DNA from: Centroscyllium fabricii
Lineage: Eukaryota
NCBI GenBank assembly: GCA_051313645.2
Contig: JBNRSN020000018.1
Span: 37,882,001-37,946,000, forward strand
Reading direction: 5' to 3'
Length of the DNA stretch: 64,000 nucleotides
Each line of letters opens with the position of its first letter. Position 1 is the first letter of the stretch. The notes beneath the pieces are model-generated. The model did not search any database and was not told the origin of the DNA. It worked only from the letters and a program-made list of their open reading frames with translations. Below are positions 51,420 through 63,304 of this stretch, piece after piece. The position numbers and the translations under genes are program-made.

Positions 51420-51909
51420 CAGGTTGAGCACCGGTAATCCGGCATGGGCTCCCGGACCAGGCCCATGCCGGGAAAGTGAAAAAACCGGTAGAATGAAGTC
51501 GGTCAGTGTGCATGCGCGCACCATTCAAAATGGCCGCGTGCATGCGCACGACATTGGAAATGGCCGCCGAATGTCCTTGCTGAGTCTCAGCTGCGGTTTG
51601 GGCCTCCTGATGACGGCCAGCAGGCTGCTCCGGGGAACCGCGCGCTTCACCATGGCGGGCGCTCGGGACTCGCACATTCAAAGCGCGGCGCGAGCTGCCG
51701 CGCCCTGATGCCACGGAAGTCCCGGGTCGTCCGGCGGCCGTTTTGAATGATCTGCGCATGCGCTCGCCGTTTGGTGGCGCATGCGCAGATCATTCGCTGA
51801 AGCCTCGATCGGCAGCCATTTTGCGCATGCGCAGGGCAGTCAGGGCGATTTATACCGGACCACTGAAATTGCCGGCGTTTCGGGTAACGGATTACCGATG
51901 CTCAACCTG
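51420..51909. mobile_element. Tigger/pogo-type MITE
   Basis: TA|CAGGTTGAGCACCGGTAATCC...GGATTACCGATGCTCAACCTG|TA. Confidence 0.9.
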
Positions 51910-52916
51910 TATTGCAAGTAGTCAAATACCAGAGTTATCGAAAGAAAGAACAAGCCTGCATTTATAACACCTTTCACGTAATCAGGATGTCACAAAGCCA
52001 TTCATCGCCAGTGAATATCTTTTGAATTGTACTTTTCTAGGCAAATATGGCAGCCAATATGCGGACAGCATCAAATGAGATAAATGGAACTTTTGTTTTA
52101 TTTCTGGTGCTGGTTAAAGGAGGAATGTTGGGTTGCACTCCTGAAGCACATTCTCCTTCACTTTGAATACTATGGGATCTTCTACACCCACTTGAACAGG
52201 AAACACCAGATATAAAGAAATAGATCTCTGCAAGTAATGTACAGCGGGCAACCATTTACTGGTCTTCTGTTTATAAGAATAATCATTGTTTTTTTGAGTT
52301 CAAAAAAAACCTGTGTTTAACCATTTAGAATATGAGGTATAAAGATTATCCTTCAAATTGGACATTTTAACTTGTCACATACTGCAAATCATTTCTAGTT
52401 ATTTTCCTTGCCCTAAAAATGGTTCCCATATATTTCCTGGTTAATTTTCTACTGATGGGGTTGGGCCTACAAAGAGTCTGTTGTGGCACCTTCAATAAAT
52501 GGCCAGTCTTGCTGTTGATTTAAAAAATGTCTAGACTTTTTACATGTGTGTGCTTGAAGCTGTAGCCTTCAAGCGTTGGACTCCTCACCTGACGGTTCTG
52601 GTGTCCTGCATAACCCAAAGACTCAGGCTTCTCATAGGCACAGGCCTCTTGACAGAAAATGTTGCACTCATTTCAAGCACAGCAAATACTATTTCTGACT
52701 GCGTTTAATCATTTTCTTGTAAATGTTCTAAAATCTTTATTTTCCAAACTTCATTTCTGGTCATAAATGCTCAGTGTAACGGAGAAAGCAAGATGGCAAC
52801 GGAAGAGGTTTACATAAAATACTTGAAACAGTATTGTGAGCTTATGTAGACATTCCTCTTATTGGCAGATTTTTTTTTTGCTCACTGCTCATGCTTGATT
52901 AATTACTTCCATATTA

Positions 52917-53313
52917 TAGTTTGAACACCGTTAAAACGGCACGGGCAGGACTAGGCCTGGGCCGGTATAGTGAAAAAACCGGAAGAACGAAGCCGGCCAG
53001 TGCGTGCGAGCGAGCACCATTCAAAATGGCCGCACGCATGAGCATAACATTGGAAATGGCCGCTGCGAAGTTTTGAATGATCTGCGCATGCGCCGCCGAA
53101 CGGCGAGCGCGTGCACAGATCATTCAAAGCTTCCGGCGGCCATTGTGAATGATCTGCGCATGCGCTTGCCGTTCGACGGCGCATGCGCAGATCATTCGCC
53201 AAAGCATCGATCGCGGTGGCCGTTTTGCGCATGCGCAGGGCAGTCGGGGCGATTTATGCCGGCCAACTGAAGTTGCCGGCTTTGCGGTTACCGGATAAAC
53301 GGTGTTCAACCTG
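52917..53313. mobile_element. Tigger/pogo-type MITE (left TIR degenerate)
   Basis: TA|TAGTTTGAACACCGTT...AACGGTGTTCAACCTG|TA. Confidence 0.85.
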
Positions 53314-53559
53314 TAATAGCTACTTAATGACACGTTTGCTTGCTTTCGCTTGCATATCCCTTACCTGTTGAGTTCTGAGAGGCCCAAATTTCAATAGTCA
53401 GAAAAATCAAAGTGTTGCACGATGAACAGGAAATGTGTACAATTGTACAGTTTGAAATTGCAGAATTTTTTTCAGTGACTCATTCTCCACCCACCCCCAC
53501 CCCTGTACCGTAGCTTTTACCGCAGAAGTCCGTTTGATGGAGTTGTGCTGTCTCCTCAT

Positions 53560-55600
53560 GTCTTTGGCCTCCACTAACATCCCGGAAATTGTGGAGAACC
53601 AAGGGTCTAATGAGAATGAGGAACTTAATGTAATTAATATTAGTAAAGAAAAAGTACTGGAGAAATTAATGGGACTGAAAGCCAACAAATCCCCTTGGAC
53701 CTGGTGGCCAACACACTAGGGTTTTAAGAGGTGGCTGCAGAGATAGTGAATACATTGGCTTTGATCTTCCAGAATTCCTTAGATTCTATAACGGTCCCCG
53801 TGGATTGGAAGGTCGCAAATGTTGTTCAACAAAAGAGGGAGAGAAAAAACTGCGAACTATTGGCCAGTTAGCCTGACATCAGTATTCAGGAAAATGCCTG
53901 ACATCAGTCGTTGGGAAAATGTTAGAATCTATTATTAAGGACGTGGTAACAAGGCACTTGGAAAATCACTATGATTCGGCAGAGTAAATACAGTTTTATG
54001 AAAGGGAAATCGTGTTTGACAAATCTAGTAGTTTTGTTTGAGGGTGTAACTGGCAGGGTATATAAGGGAAGACCAGGGAATGTGGTATATTTAGGTTTTC
54101 AGAAGGCATTCGATAAGGTGCCACACCAGAGCTTATTACATAAGATTAGGGCTCATGTGATTGGTTTTAGTGGTAATATATTAGCATGGATTGGTTAACT
54201 GACAGAAAACGGAGAGTAGGAATAAATCGGTAATTTTTGGGTTGGCAGGGTGTAACTCATAGAGTGCCGCAGGGATCAGTGTTTGGACCTCGGCTATTTA
54301 CAATCTATATCACTGACTTCGATGAGGGGACTGATTGTAATGAATCCAAGTTTGCTGATGGTACAAAGCTCGGTGGGAATGTATGCTGTGAGTAGGATGC
54401 AAAGAGCCTGCAAAGGGATATAGACAGGTTAAGTGAGTGGTCAACAAGGTGCCAGGTGGAGTATAATGTGGAGAAGTGTGAAATTATCCACTTTGGTAGG
54501 AAAAATGGAAAGGCAGAATATTTTTTTAAAGCTGACACATAGTAAATGTTGGTATGCAGCAAGCAATTAGGAAAGCAAATGGCATGTTAGCCTTTATTGC
54601 AAGGCAGTTGGGTATAAGAGTAAGGTCTTGCGACAGTTGTACAGGGCTTTGGTGAGGCCGCACCTGGAGTACTGTGTGCAGTTTTGGTCTGCTTACCTAA
54701 GGAAGGATATACTTGCCTTGGAGGGGGTGCAACAAAGGTTCAGTAGATTGATTCCTGGGATGAGACGACTGTCCTATGAAGAGAGATTGAATTAGAATGG
54801 GCCTATATTCTCTAGAGCTTAGAAAAATGAGAGGTGATCTCATTAAAATGTATACAATTCTTTGAGGACTTGACAGGATAGATGCTGAGAGACTGTTTCC
54901 CCTGGCTGGAGAGTCTAGATCTAGGGATCATAGCACAGGTTGAACACCGTTAATCCGGCAGGGTCGGGACCAGCACCCTGCCGAATTGTTGAAAACGGCG
55001 AATGATTGAAGCTTTGGCGGCGCATGCGCAGAGCATTCAAAATGGCCGCCGAGAAGTTTTGAATGCTCTGCGCATGCGCTCGCCCTTCGGCAGCGCACGC
55101 GCAGATCATTCGCCAAAGTATCAATCGTTCGGGGAGGCCCGGGCATGCACAGCCAAGCGCGGCGGCCATGTTGCGCATGCGCAGACCAGCCGGGGAGGCC
55201 TGGGCATGTGCAGCCACGCGCGGTGGCCATTTTGATGCACAGGGCAGTTGGGGAAATGGTTGCCGGACGTCTGAAGCTGCCAGTTTTTCGGGTAACGGAT
55301 TAACGGTGCTCAACCTGTATCAAGGTAAGGGGTTGACCATTTAAGGCTGAGATGAGAAATTTCTTTCCTCAGAGGGTTGTGAATCTTTGGAATTCTCTGA
55401 CCCCGAGGGCTGTGGATGCTCAGTCAATGAGTATATTCAAGACGGAGATTGATAGATTTTTGGGCACTAAGGGAATCGAGGAATATGGGGATAGGGCAGG
55501 AAAGTAGAGTTGAGGTAGATCATCAGCCATAATCTTATTGAATGGCGGAGCAGGCTTGAGGGGCCATATGGCCCTTCTGCTCCTATTTCTTATATTCTTG
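53560..55600 (+). mobile_element. CR1/HER1 LINE RT region and tail, older, interrupted by a MITE
   Basis: ORF 53971-54198 ([11 protein letters not shown]...[10 protein letters not shown]), with the tail at 55480-55600. Confidence 0.85.
54936..55317. mobile_element. Tigger/pogo-type MITE
   Basis: CAGGTTGAACACCGTTAATCCGG...CGGATTAACGGTGCTCAACCTG|TA. Confidence 0.88.
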
Positions 55601-55704
55601 TACTGTCTGGTCCCTTTTAGCGTGCACACACTTAATTATCCCACAACTGGGGTGTTTGCCTTTCTAATTTCAGTCGTTCTCAAGTGCCTTGTTTATTGTT
55701 TCAG

Positions 55705-55814
55705 GTATCGAGTGCCCTCGTGGATCTCGGAACACACCTGCAGGAATCCAGGAGGGGGAACCGTTCAGTGAAGATGCCACTCAGTTCACCAAGGAGCTGG
55801 TGCTACAGCGTGAG
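55705..55814 (+). CDS. SND1: Internal coding exon of staphylococcal nuclease and tudor domain-containing protein 1 (SN4 domain; corresponds to human exon 16 as I recall)
   Basis: Polypyrimidine tract and acceptor TTTATTGTTTCAG| then donor GAG|GTAGGG, giving 110 bp. It translates (phase 1) as [37 protein letters not shown], matching recalled vertebrate SND1 [37 protein letters not shown]. Confidence 0.93.
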
Positions 55815-57852
55815 GTAGGGAAGTGGCTCACTTCAGCACTGCATTTTTACTTTGGTCCACATCTCTCAGTTGTATCTCACAAAAAGAACCAAATGGGAAA
55901 CATTTCCACACACGTATAAGAGAAGATTTTTATTGAAATTAAGCGTTTGTTGAAATGCAGGAGAGTTGCACAAATCCTGTTGTATGCTTGAAAGCTGAAT
56001 TTCACAGTGAAATCTGGATGCAAGATTTGGCTCTACTCACAGTAATGAGTTAATCTAAGGAGACACTAGCTTGTGTGATTTTTTTGCTTTTCCTGTGCAG
56101 CACACCATTGCCGTTCGAACTGATCACAGTTGACCTAACCTGTAAGCACGTGAGGTGCATGAGAGCAATACAACTTTTATTCTCTTTCGTAGTCTTCCGC
56201 TACTGCTAAAAGAAAAAGCCCCACCTCGCCCGTGGTTCTACAATGAGCAAGATCCCTTAAATTTCTGTTCCACCAATGACCCCTCCCCCCATCTTATTTT
56301 TCAGCTTGGCTGAGCTCCTACAGTCAAAAAACTTGCTGTATGTTGAAATCACAGATGTAAATCAAACATTCTCTGTTTATATGGGGCACTGAGTTGCTAA
56401 TGCAAACCTAATTCTGTTCATTTCTCCAGATTTTTACAACCTATTGAATCGATTGCTTTCTGTTAATTTAACGGTTGTATTTAAGTGTTTCAGCAATACT
56501 CCTGAATCTTGCCCAGTTTGCTGCTTATTTCACCGCCTAATACTGGTGGACCTGTCACTTATTGAAGAGGAAGTCTCCCCTCTACAAGATTAAATAAATG
56601 TTGGACTGTGCAGATGCCATCTTCAAGGAAACTGTCTTGGAGCAGTTACTGACTAAAATGATGTAATGGATGCAGTTGAAAGTGCACTGTAATGAGGGCA
56701 ATGTTTCACAAATTTGGTTGCCTGGAGCGTAGAAGGATTGGGAAAGATTTGTACTTAGTAACAGACAAGTCATAAATTTCCCATAGTACATGATTCAGCA
56801 ACTCTAGCTCACCATCTCATTAATGAATGGGCTTCAGCATTCAGGATGTTCAGCTCTGTCAGGGCAAGGAAGCTGCCTTGGGTGTACCATTTAAATGACT
56901 GACTGATTGGATTTTGGAAACACATTAGGTTAATGTCATCTGGGCATGATATTTAAACATGCTTTCTTCCCCATACATGCACAGACATATTCAGCTGGAT
57001 TTTACCATTTTAAGTGGGTGGAGAATCTGAGGGAGAAAATCCTCTGATCAAAAAATATTTTTTTCCCCCCCAAGAGGATAGTGGCATGAGAAAAGGTGAA
57101 ACTTGGTATCGGGTGACTAGATTTTTGTTTTTAGCTAATTAATTTACAGTGTACCGTATACCCTATCAAAATACCAGATATCGGCTTCTATGTGTTTAAT
57201 TTAGTTTTTTGACTCGGCATATTGTAAGATGTTGGCCTTGTCCTTGGCGCTGAAAGCTCTATGGTAATTAAAAGCAGCCTCTGTAATGCACGTTTGCAGT
57301 GTGAGCTGTTCTGGTGTTTCGAACTGCAATAAATTTTGTCAGCACGAAGGAACAGAGCCATTGTGCGCAGGCTTTATTAGGAACATTGGCGAGTCTTCAG
57401 GATCTACATATATCGGGTGGCTTCTTCAGGACTGCACACTAAGCAATCCCCGTGAAGTCCTTTTTTAAAAAATGTAACGGACCAAAAATTGCGATCGGCG
57501 GCGTACCTCTGCAATACGTCTCCGACCCGTGAAAGGAATACACACCTACCTGGTGGTGGCCGCCCGCCTGCAAAGACTTGCAGTCTGGCGCTGCGAGACG
57601 GAGGGCAGTGCATCGGCCCATGGATCCCAGGGACGCAGTCCTGGTCCTCCAATCACACAGCAGAATTCGATTTTACATCATTTCAGAAGAGAGCCCCAAA
57701 ATCAGATTTAATTACAATTTACAGGATTGGAATTTAGTTTCTAATTAGCTTCATTCCACCAACTTCACTAACAATGTAATTTTTGATAATTTTCGACATC
57801 ATTAAAACTCTAATCCGGGGCAATATTTGCAGTAACTCATTTGATAGTTATA

Positions 57853-58353
57853 CAGGTTGTGCACCGAAAATCTGTGTCCCGAATAGCCGGCAGCTTCAGT
57901 CTGCCGGCACAAATTGCCCAGACTGCACTGCGCATGCGCAAGATGGCCGCCGCCATCGTGGCGCATGCGCAGATAATTCAAAACAGCTGCGGGTGTTTTG
58001 AATGATCTGCGCATGCGTCGCCGGACGGTTAGCGCATGCGCAGATAATTCAATACGGCCGCCGGTTATTTTCCCGACAGCTGAGCCCCGTGACTGAGGCG
58101 GACAGTCACTAGGCAACAGCTGTCAGCCTGAGTCCGGCTCGGCGGCAGCAGCAACCCGAAAGGCGATGGAGAGGGAACGCGGACCCGTGCTCGATCTGCG
58201 CATGCGCGCGCCAGCCAATCCCAATGTTGTGCGCATGCGCGTGGCCATTTTGAATGGTGCGCATGCGCAGTGTCCAACCTCGTTCTCCCGGTTTTTTCTG
58301 TTTCCCGGCACGGGCCTGGTCCCGCCCGTGGCGGATTAATGGTGTACAACCTG
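57853..58353. mobile_element. Tigger/pogo-type MITE (inverted relative to the copies upstream of the exon)
   Basis: TA|CAGGTTGTGCACC...GGTGTACAACCTG|TA. It is the reverse complement of 13886-14416 apart from a ~30-bp indel. Confidence 0.9.
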
Positions 58354-58399
58354 TATTGTATAATTTCCGAGATGAAAATGTTTAAAACACGCCTGAGGT

Positions 58400-58975
58400 A
58401 TTTGATTTGATTTTTATTATATTGCCATATGTAACTGGTACAATGGAATGCTTGCTCCCCACTCACTCCCACATATAAGTATAAATATAACAAGCAGAAG
58501 TAAAAACAAGTATAGATGTCGACATAATAAGCAAATAAACAAACAAATAAGCGAACAAGTGCGATTAGCAGTTCAGCAGGCGCACTGCCTGTGGGTAGAA
58601 ACTGTTCTTGAACCTGCTGGTCCTGGTTCGGATGCTGCTGTTCCGATGGCCGGACCGCAGGAGGGAGAACAGATCGTGCCCAGGGTGGTTGGGGTCCTGG
58701 ATGATGGAGCGGGCCTTGTTCCGACACCTGGTCTGGAAGATCTCCTCGATGGACGGAAGTGCACACCCGATGATCTTTTCTACCGTCTTCACGACCCTCT
58801 GGATGGCTTTCCTGTCCTGTGCAGTGGTGTTACCATACCACACAGTGACACCACCCGTCAGGACGCTCTCAATGGTGCTGCGGTAAAAGTTCACAAGCCA
58901 CTGTGTGCTTATACCGCATTTCCTCAGGCACCGTAGAGGCGCTGGTGTGCCTTCTTCAGCATTGCCTCAGTGTTG
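58400..58975 (-). mobile_element. Rex1/Babar-type LINE, 3' fragment
   Basis: ORF 58565-58894 (FYRSTIESVLTGGVTVWYGN...QRVVKT...DPNHPGHDLFSLLRSG...FKNSFYPQAVRLLN), with an (ATCAA)n tail. Confidence 0.88.
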
Positions 58976-60119
58976 CAGTTCCAGTGTTGCAGTATCCCCT
59001 TACACTGATTCAAACAGGCCCTGTGCCCCTGTTTGCATCAACCGTAACATTTTCATACGTAATTGCTGGCCAACTCTGTGCCAGCAATTGCTTTTTCATG
59101 GGCCATGCGGATGGCCCGTCAATGCATAGGTTGACAGACCGCAAGTTCTGGATTTCACGCAAGCTCATGCGGAAATCTCGAACATACGGTGGATTTCAAA
59201 GGAGCTATCAGAATGCGCCGCCTTATTCACCCTAAAATCCAGGCCAATATTACTGTAAATTTCCTTTTTTGGAGGGGGAAGGGGGTGATGGAGAGAAAAT
59301 GAGTAAACTCATGTTGTAGCCTGCACTAATGCAGTTGGGCTTCTGAAATGATGAAGAGATGGAGCGGATTTGGAGAGAGTTCATGCTCTTTATACCAGCA
59401 ATCTTTCCATGATTTATATTACTTAATATCACAGAAAGTCAAACAGTGATTGCATGGTTAGCTTGAAATCTGTGTTTATGCCTAAACCTCCATGGGTGGC
59501 GATAATTATCTAATTGTGATTTGTTGCCATCTGGTAGTCTGCCAGTTTGACACTTGTGCAGAGGATCGCTTAGAATGATTAGGCAGTGGCAATTTGGATA
59601 GTGATTTCTTGGACAAAGCCATGGTTTTGTGAGTCTGTTATTTATGAACCACATCTTCTGTATTTTAATTTTTTTTCTGATGGGCTTGGAACTATGATTT
59701 TGCAACTTAAGGGTGTCCTGTAACATTTTCCTTTATAAAAAAAAAAAAAAAAATAAAATAACATTTGATTGTCAGACTTGTGACCATTAGGTGTTGCTAG
59801 TGGCCGGTGTCCATGCTCACATGACGGACGTTAGTTGTTGTAGCATCGTGGTCCATTGGAAATGCTGGCCTCTTACGCATGCGAGCTTTTAATTTTCTGT
59901 TGCTCTACAACCAAAATAAGCATGACCTGGATCTCGGCGTTTTTTTAGCCCCGAGGCAGAACTGCGCTTTTCAGGAATGTGATTTGCGTTTAAGGTTGAC
60001 CCCCTTGCTGGTTTTTGCACACTAATCAGTTAAATTTTTGAAACTACTACAAGTTAGTTTTAACTGGCAATGCAGTAGCCTTTTATTTAATATTTGCTTC
60101 AGCATGGAATATTTAACAC

Positions 60120-60277
60120 CTGGAACTATTGGTTTTAATTTTCATTTAAATGGAAGTTGCATGCATAAATCTCCTGATAAACCAGTGTACTATTGCACAC
60201 TCTTGAAACTGGTTACTTGGGCGATGCGTGCTCTCTGACGGCTCTCCATTGCTTGGACAGCTTCTCTGGCCTTTTGG
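60120..60277. repeat. Left arm of long inverted repeat (partner 62777-62935)
   Basis: Manual alignment to the reverse complement of 62777-62935 gives 5 substitutions and 1 single-base indel over ~158 bp. Confidence 0.95.
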
Positions 60278-61189
60278 ACGTTCAATCTGCTGGTGATCTC
60301 AAATGACTTCTTTGTTGATGTAGTGCATGTTTACACAGTGCATGTTAACACTAATGGTCCTAGTCACTGAGAGCAACATATTGGTCCTGTGGGGTGGGGT
60401 GTGAGCAGTGTTGGGAAAGTTCACACGTAACAAGAGCTAGCTCAAAGTTCAGTTCAATCATTTTAAAATGAACTAGTTCAAGTTCATAGTTCATAATTTT
60501 GAATTTTGAACTTAAGTTCGCAGCTCAAAAATGAACTAGTTCAAAGTTCGTTTTTTTTTTCTTTTCTTTTAATGCGCTGCCCCGAGCTATTATTTTTCAA
60601 TAGAACATCCTCTTATCCATCCACTGACAGCCCCCAATCATTGCTACAGCCCATTAAAGAATAATAGAAGCTGATTACTTTATAAGTTTTAACACTGAAT
60701 CATTGTGTAGGCCATTCAGCCCCTCGAGCCTGTTTGGCCATTCAATTCGATCATGGCTGATCTGTACACCAACTCCATTTACCCATATTTGCTCCATATC
60801 CCTTGATACTTTACTTAACACAAATCTATCAATCTCAGTATTGAAAATTTCAATTGACCCAGTATCCCCAGTGCTTTGGGGAAATGAGTTCCATATTTCC
60901 ACTACCCTTTGTGAAAAAGTGCTTCCTGATTTCACTCCTAAATTCTGGGGATGCGGGCACCACTGGCAAGGCCAGAATTTACTCCCTATCCCTGGTTGGT
61001 TTTGATACAACCGAGTGGTGTGCTCGACCACTTCAGAGGGCATTACTCGACCCACTGAGCCATTTGAGGGAAGCAAAAATGTGTAACATTTATTTAAAAA
61101 ACTTTTAACTCCCCATCAACCCAGCCCCGCAGAGAGAGAGAGAGAGAGAGATAGAGATACCAGGAATACTATGTACTAAGAGTGGGATG

Positions 61190-61445
61190 AGCCGGGAATA
61201 ATAATACAATGTAATGAATATAAACTGTACCGGGAATACAATGTACTGAATATAAGTCATACAGGGAATACAATGTACTGAATATAAGTCATACAGGGAA
61301 TACAATGTAATGAATATAAGAAAGACCGGCAATACAATGTACTGAATATAAGAAATACCGGCAATACAGCCTATGGAATATAAGACGTACCGGGAATACA
61401 ATACTGAAAAAATAATCCTGGAATACAATGTACTTGATTATAAAG
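61190..61445. repeat. ~32-bp degenerate minisatellite (GGGAATACAATGTACTGAATATAAGTCATACA)n
   Basis: About 7-8 visible units, lying inside the hAT element. Confidence 0.85.
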
Positions 61446-61832
61446 TGTATCCGGATGCCCAACATACGAATCTCCAAGAGGGGCTTTCCTGGGTCCAGTT
61501 AAATGTTATACTTATTTTGTTTGTATTGTTGCTATTGATGTACTATTTTTGTATATTACAATGCTTTGGCAACAACAGTTGATACCATTCATGCCAATAA
61601 AGCTATTTGAATTGAATTGAATTGAATTGATTGATAGAGAGAGATAGAGAGAAGAGAAAAGAAAAGCAAAACCAAAAGCCCAAAAACCAAAACCAAGCGC
61701 CAAAAAGCAAAAGCAAAACCAAAAACCAAGCACCAAAAACCAAAGCCAAAACCCCAAAACCAAAGCCAAAACCCAAAAGCCAAAGCAAAGCACTCACCGC
61801 TCCCGTCCCGATGGCTTCAAGACTCGTGTCGC

Positions 61833-61947
61833 TGGGAGACGATCTGCGCATGCGTTCGGCGTCACATACCTGGGAGACGATCTGCGCATGCGTTCGGCGT
61901 CACATACCTGGGAGACGATCTGCGCATGCGCTCGGCGTCACATACCT
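61833..61947. repeat. 38-bp tandem repeat x3 (CTGGGAGACGATCTGCGCATGCGTTCGGCGTCACATAC)
   Basis: Three near-identical units, lying inside the hAT element. Confidence 0.9.
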
Positions 61948-62776
61948 TGAAGAGCGCCGCTCACTCACTCCAAACAGAGCGGCGCTCAGATTTTCGCTCG
62001 CGCTGTCGGGGAAAGAGCGGCTCGTTCGGCGTTCGCGTAAATGTGAACGCGTTCGTGAACGTGCGCTCATTTAGCGCGCTCACGGACAACACTGGGTGTG
62101 AGCAGTAAGGTTCAGATTTTTCAGAGGTCTGTTCTGTTTGGGGTGCTGGTTCGTGAGTGAAACATGCTAATCCTTGGAATCCTTATCACAAAAGTTCTGT
62201 CCCTTGCAAACCTAACTAAAAGGCAATAAGAGTGGAATCCTTATCACAAAACATTCTGTCCTTCTAACTAAAAGGCAATAAGAGCATAAGGTTCTTGAGT
62301 ACAAGAGCTGAAATATTACATCTGGGGAACCCCTGCTGTGTTTATTAAGTGAAAAACATTTTGAAGAGTGCTTTTAAAGCCTGAACTGCTGTGTTGCCCC
62401 CAGCTTACTGTGTAGTCTGAGAAGTTCACAGTTTGACTTTTTTTGTATTGAATTGAATTGTTGAAGTCTAATTTAGAAATGTGATTTGCAGGGCTCTGAG
62501 CTTATAATTGAGAATTGTCTGACATTAAATTGCAACAGAATGGACTTTGGTTGAAGTAAGTGTTGTACATGTTTAAGTGTGAGCATTTGTTCGTATTGTG
62601 TTGGGGAAGGGTAAGGGTTTGAAATTGTTATGGAGCCAGGTCAGCAGCAGATTGTGATCATGAGTTCTGCCTTGAGTACAACAGTGGTGCGTATTCACCT
62701 GGTTTAAAGAGCTGAATCCAAAGATTAACATTCAATGTGCTGGTGCGTTTAATGCCGGTCATTTTGAAATTTCCAC

Positions 62777-62935
62777 CCAAAAGGCCAGAGAAGCTGCCTA
62801 AGCAATGGAGAGCCGTCAGAGAACACGCATCGCCCAAGTAACCAGTTTCAAGAGTGTGCAATACTACTCTGGTTTATCAGGAGATTTATGCATGCAACTT
62901 CCATTTAAATGAAAATTAAAACCAATAGTTTCCAG
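62777..62935. repeat. Right arm of long inverted repeat (partner 60120-60277)
   Basis: Reverse complement of 60120-60277 (5 substitutions, 1 indel). Confidence 0.95.
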
Positions 62936-63304
62936 TAGCCAAGTTTCTTCAGCAAGGAGTGGAATGATATCTTTCTCTCATCCCTTGTGCCCCCAAAGAA
63001 ATTGACACAGATCCACTCCAGCTGGCTGTGACCTGCTCTGAAGTCATCCAGTCGGAGTTGCACACGATGAGTTGCAGGGTCACTGCCTCCTATTTTAATA
63101 ACCCTTCTCACTGCTATCTCGCTACTTGTGCTGGTTTCTAAGAGTTTTTATTATGTCTCTGGTTCATATTTGAAATGGTTCTGCAACTTTCAATTCAAGT
63201 CCACTCTTTGCACCTTTTGGATTGCTTTCCACAGCCACTCCTGTTTGAATAATGGATAACAATGCTGCATTTCACCAGTGGTGGCAGATCGTCACATGCT
63301 TTAT

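Larger units (their letters stand above)
60406..62094. mobile_element. Non-autonomous hAT element with heterogeneous internal cargo
   Basis: TIR CAGTGTTG...CAACACTG, perfect 8-bp TSD GGTGTGAG (60398-60405, 62095-62102), and subterminal AGTTCA/TGAAC repeats at both ends. Confidence 0.88.

Noticed and set aside
55699-55710. Recursive splice site (CAG|GTATCG) at the exon start
   Set aside because: GTATCG is a weak donor, and the GT is simply part of the split Gly codon.
61512-62074. Hydrophobic and Lys-rich ORFs
   Set aside because: They translate a low-complexity (CCAAAA)-like tract.
62174-62285. ~55-bp local tandem duplication (also short ones at 6862-6897, 14600-14650, 35538-35590)
   Set aside because: Ordinary slippage duplications with no further structure.
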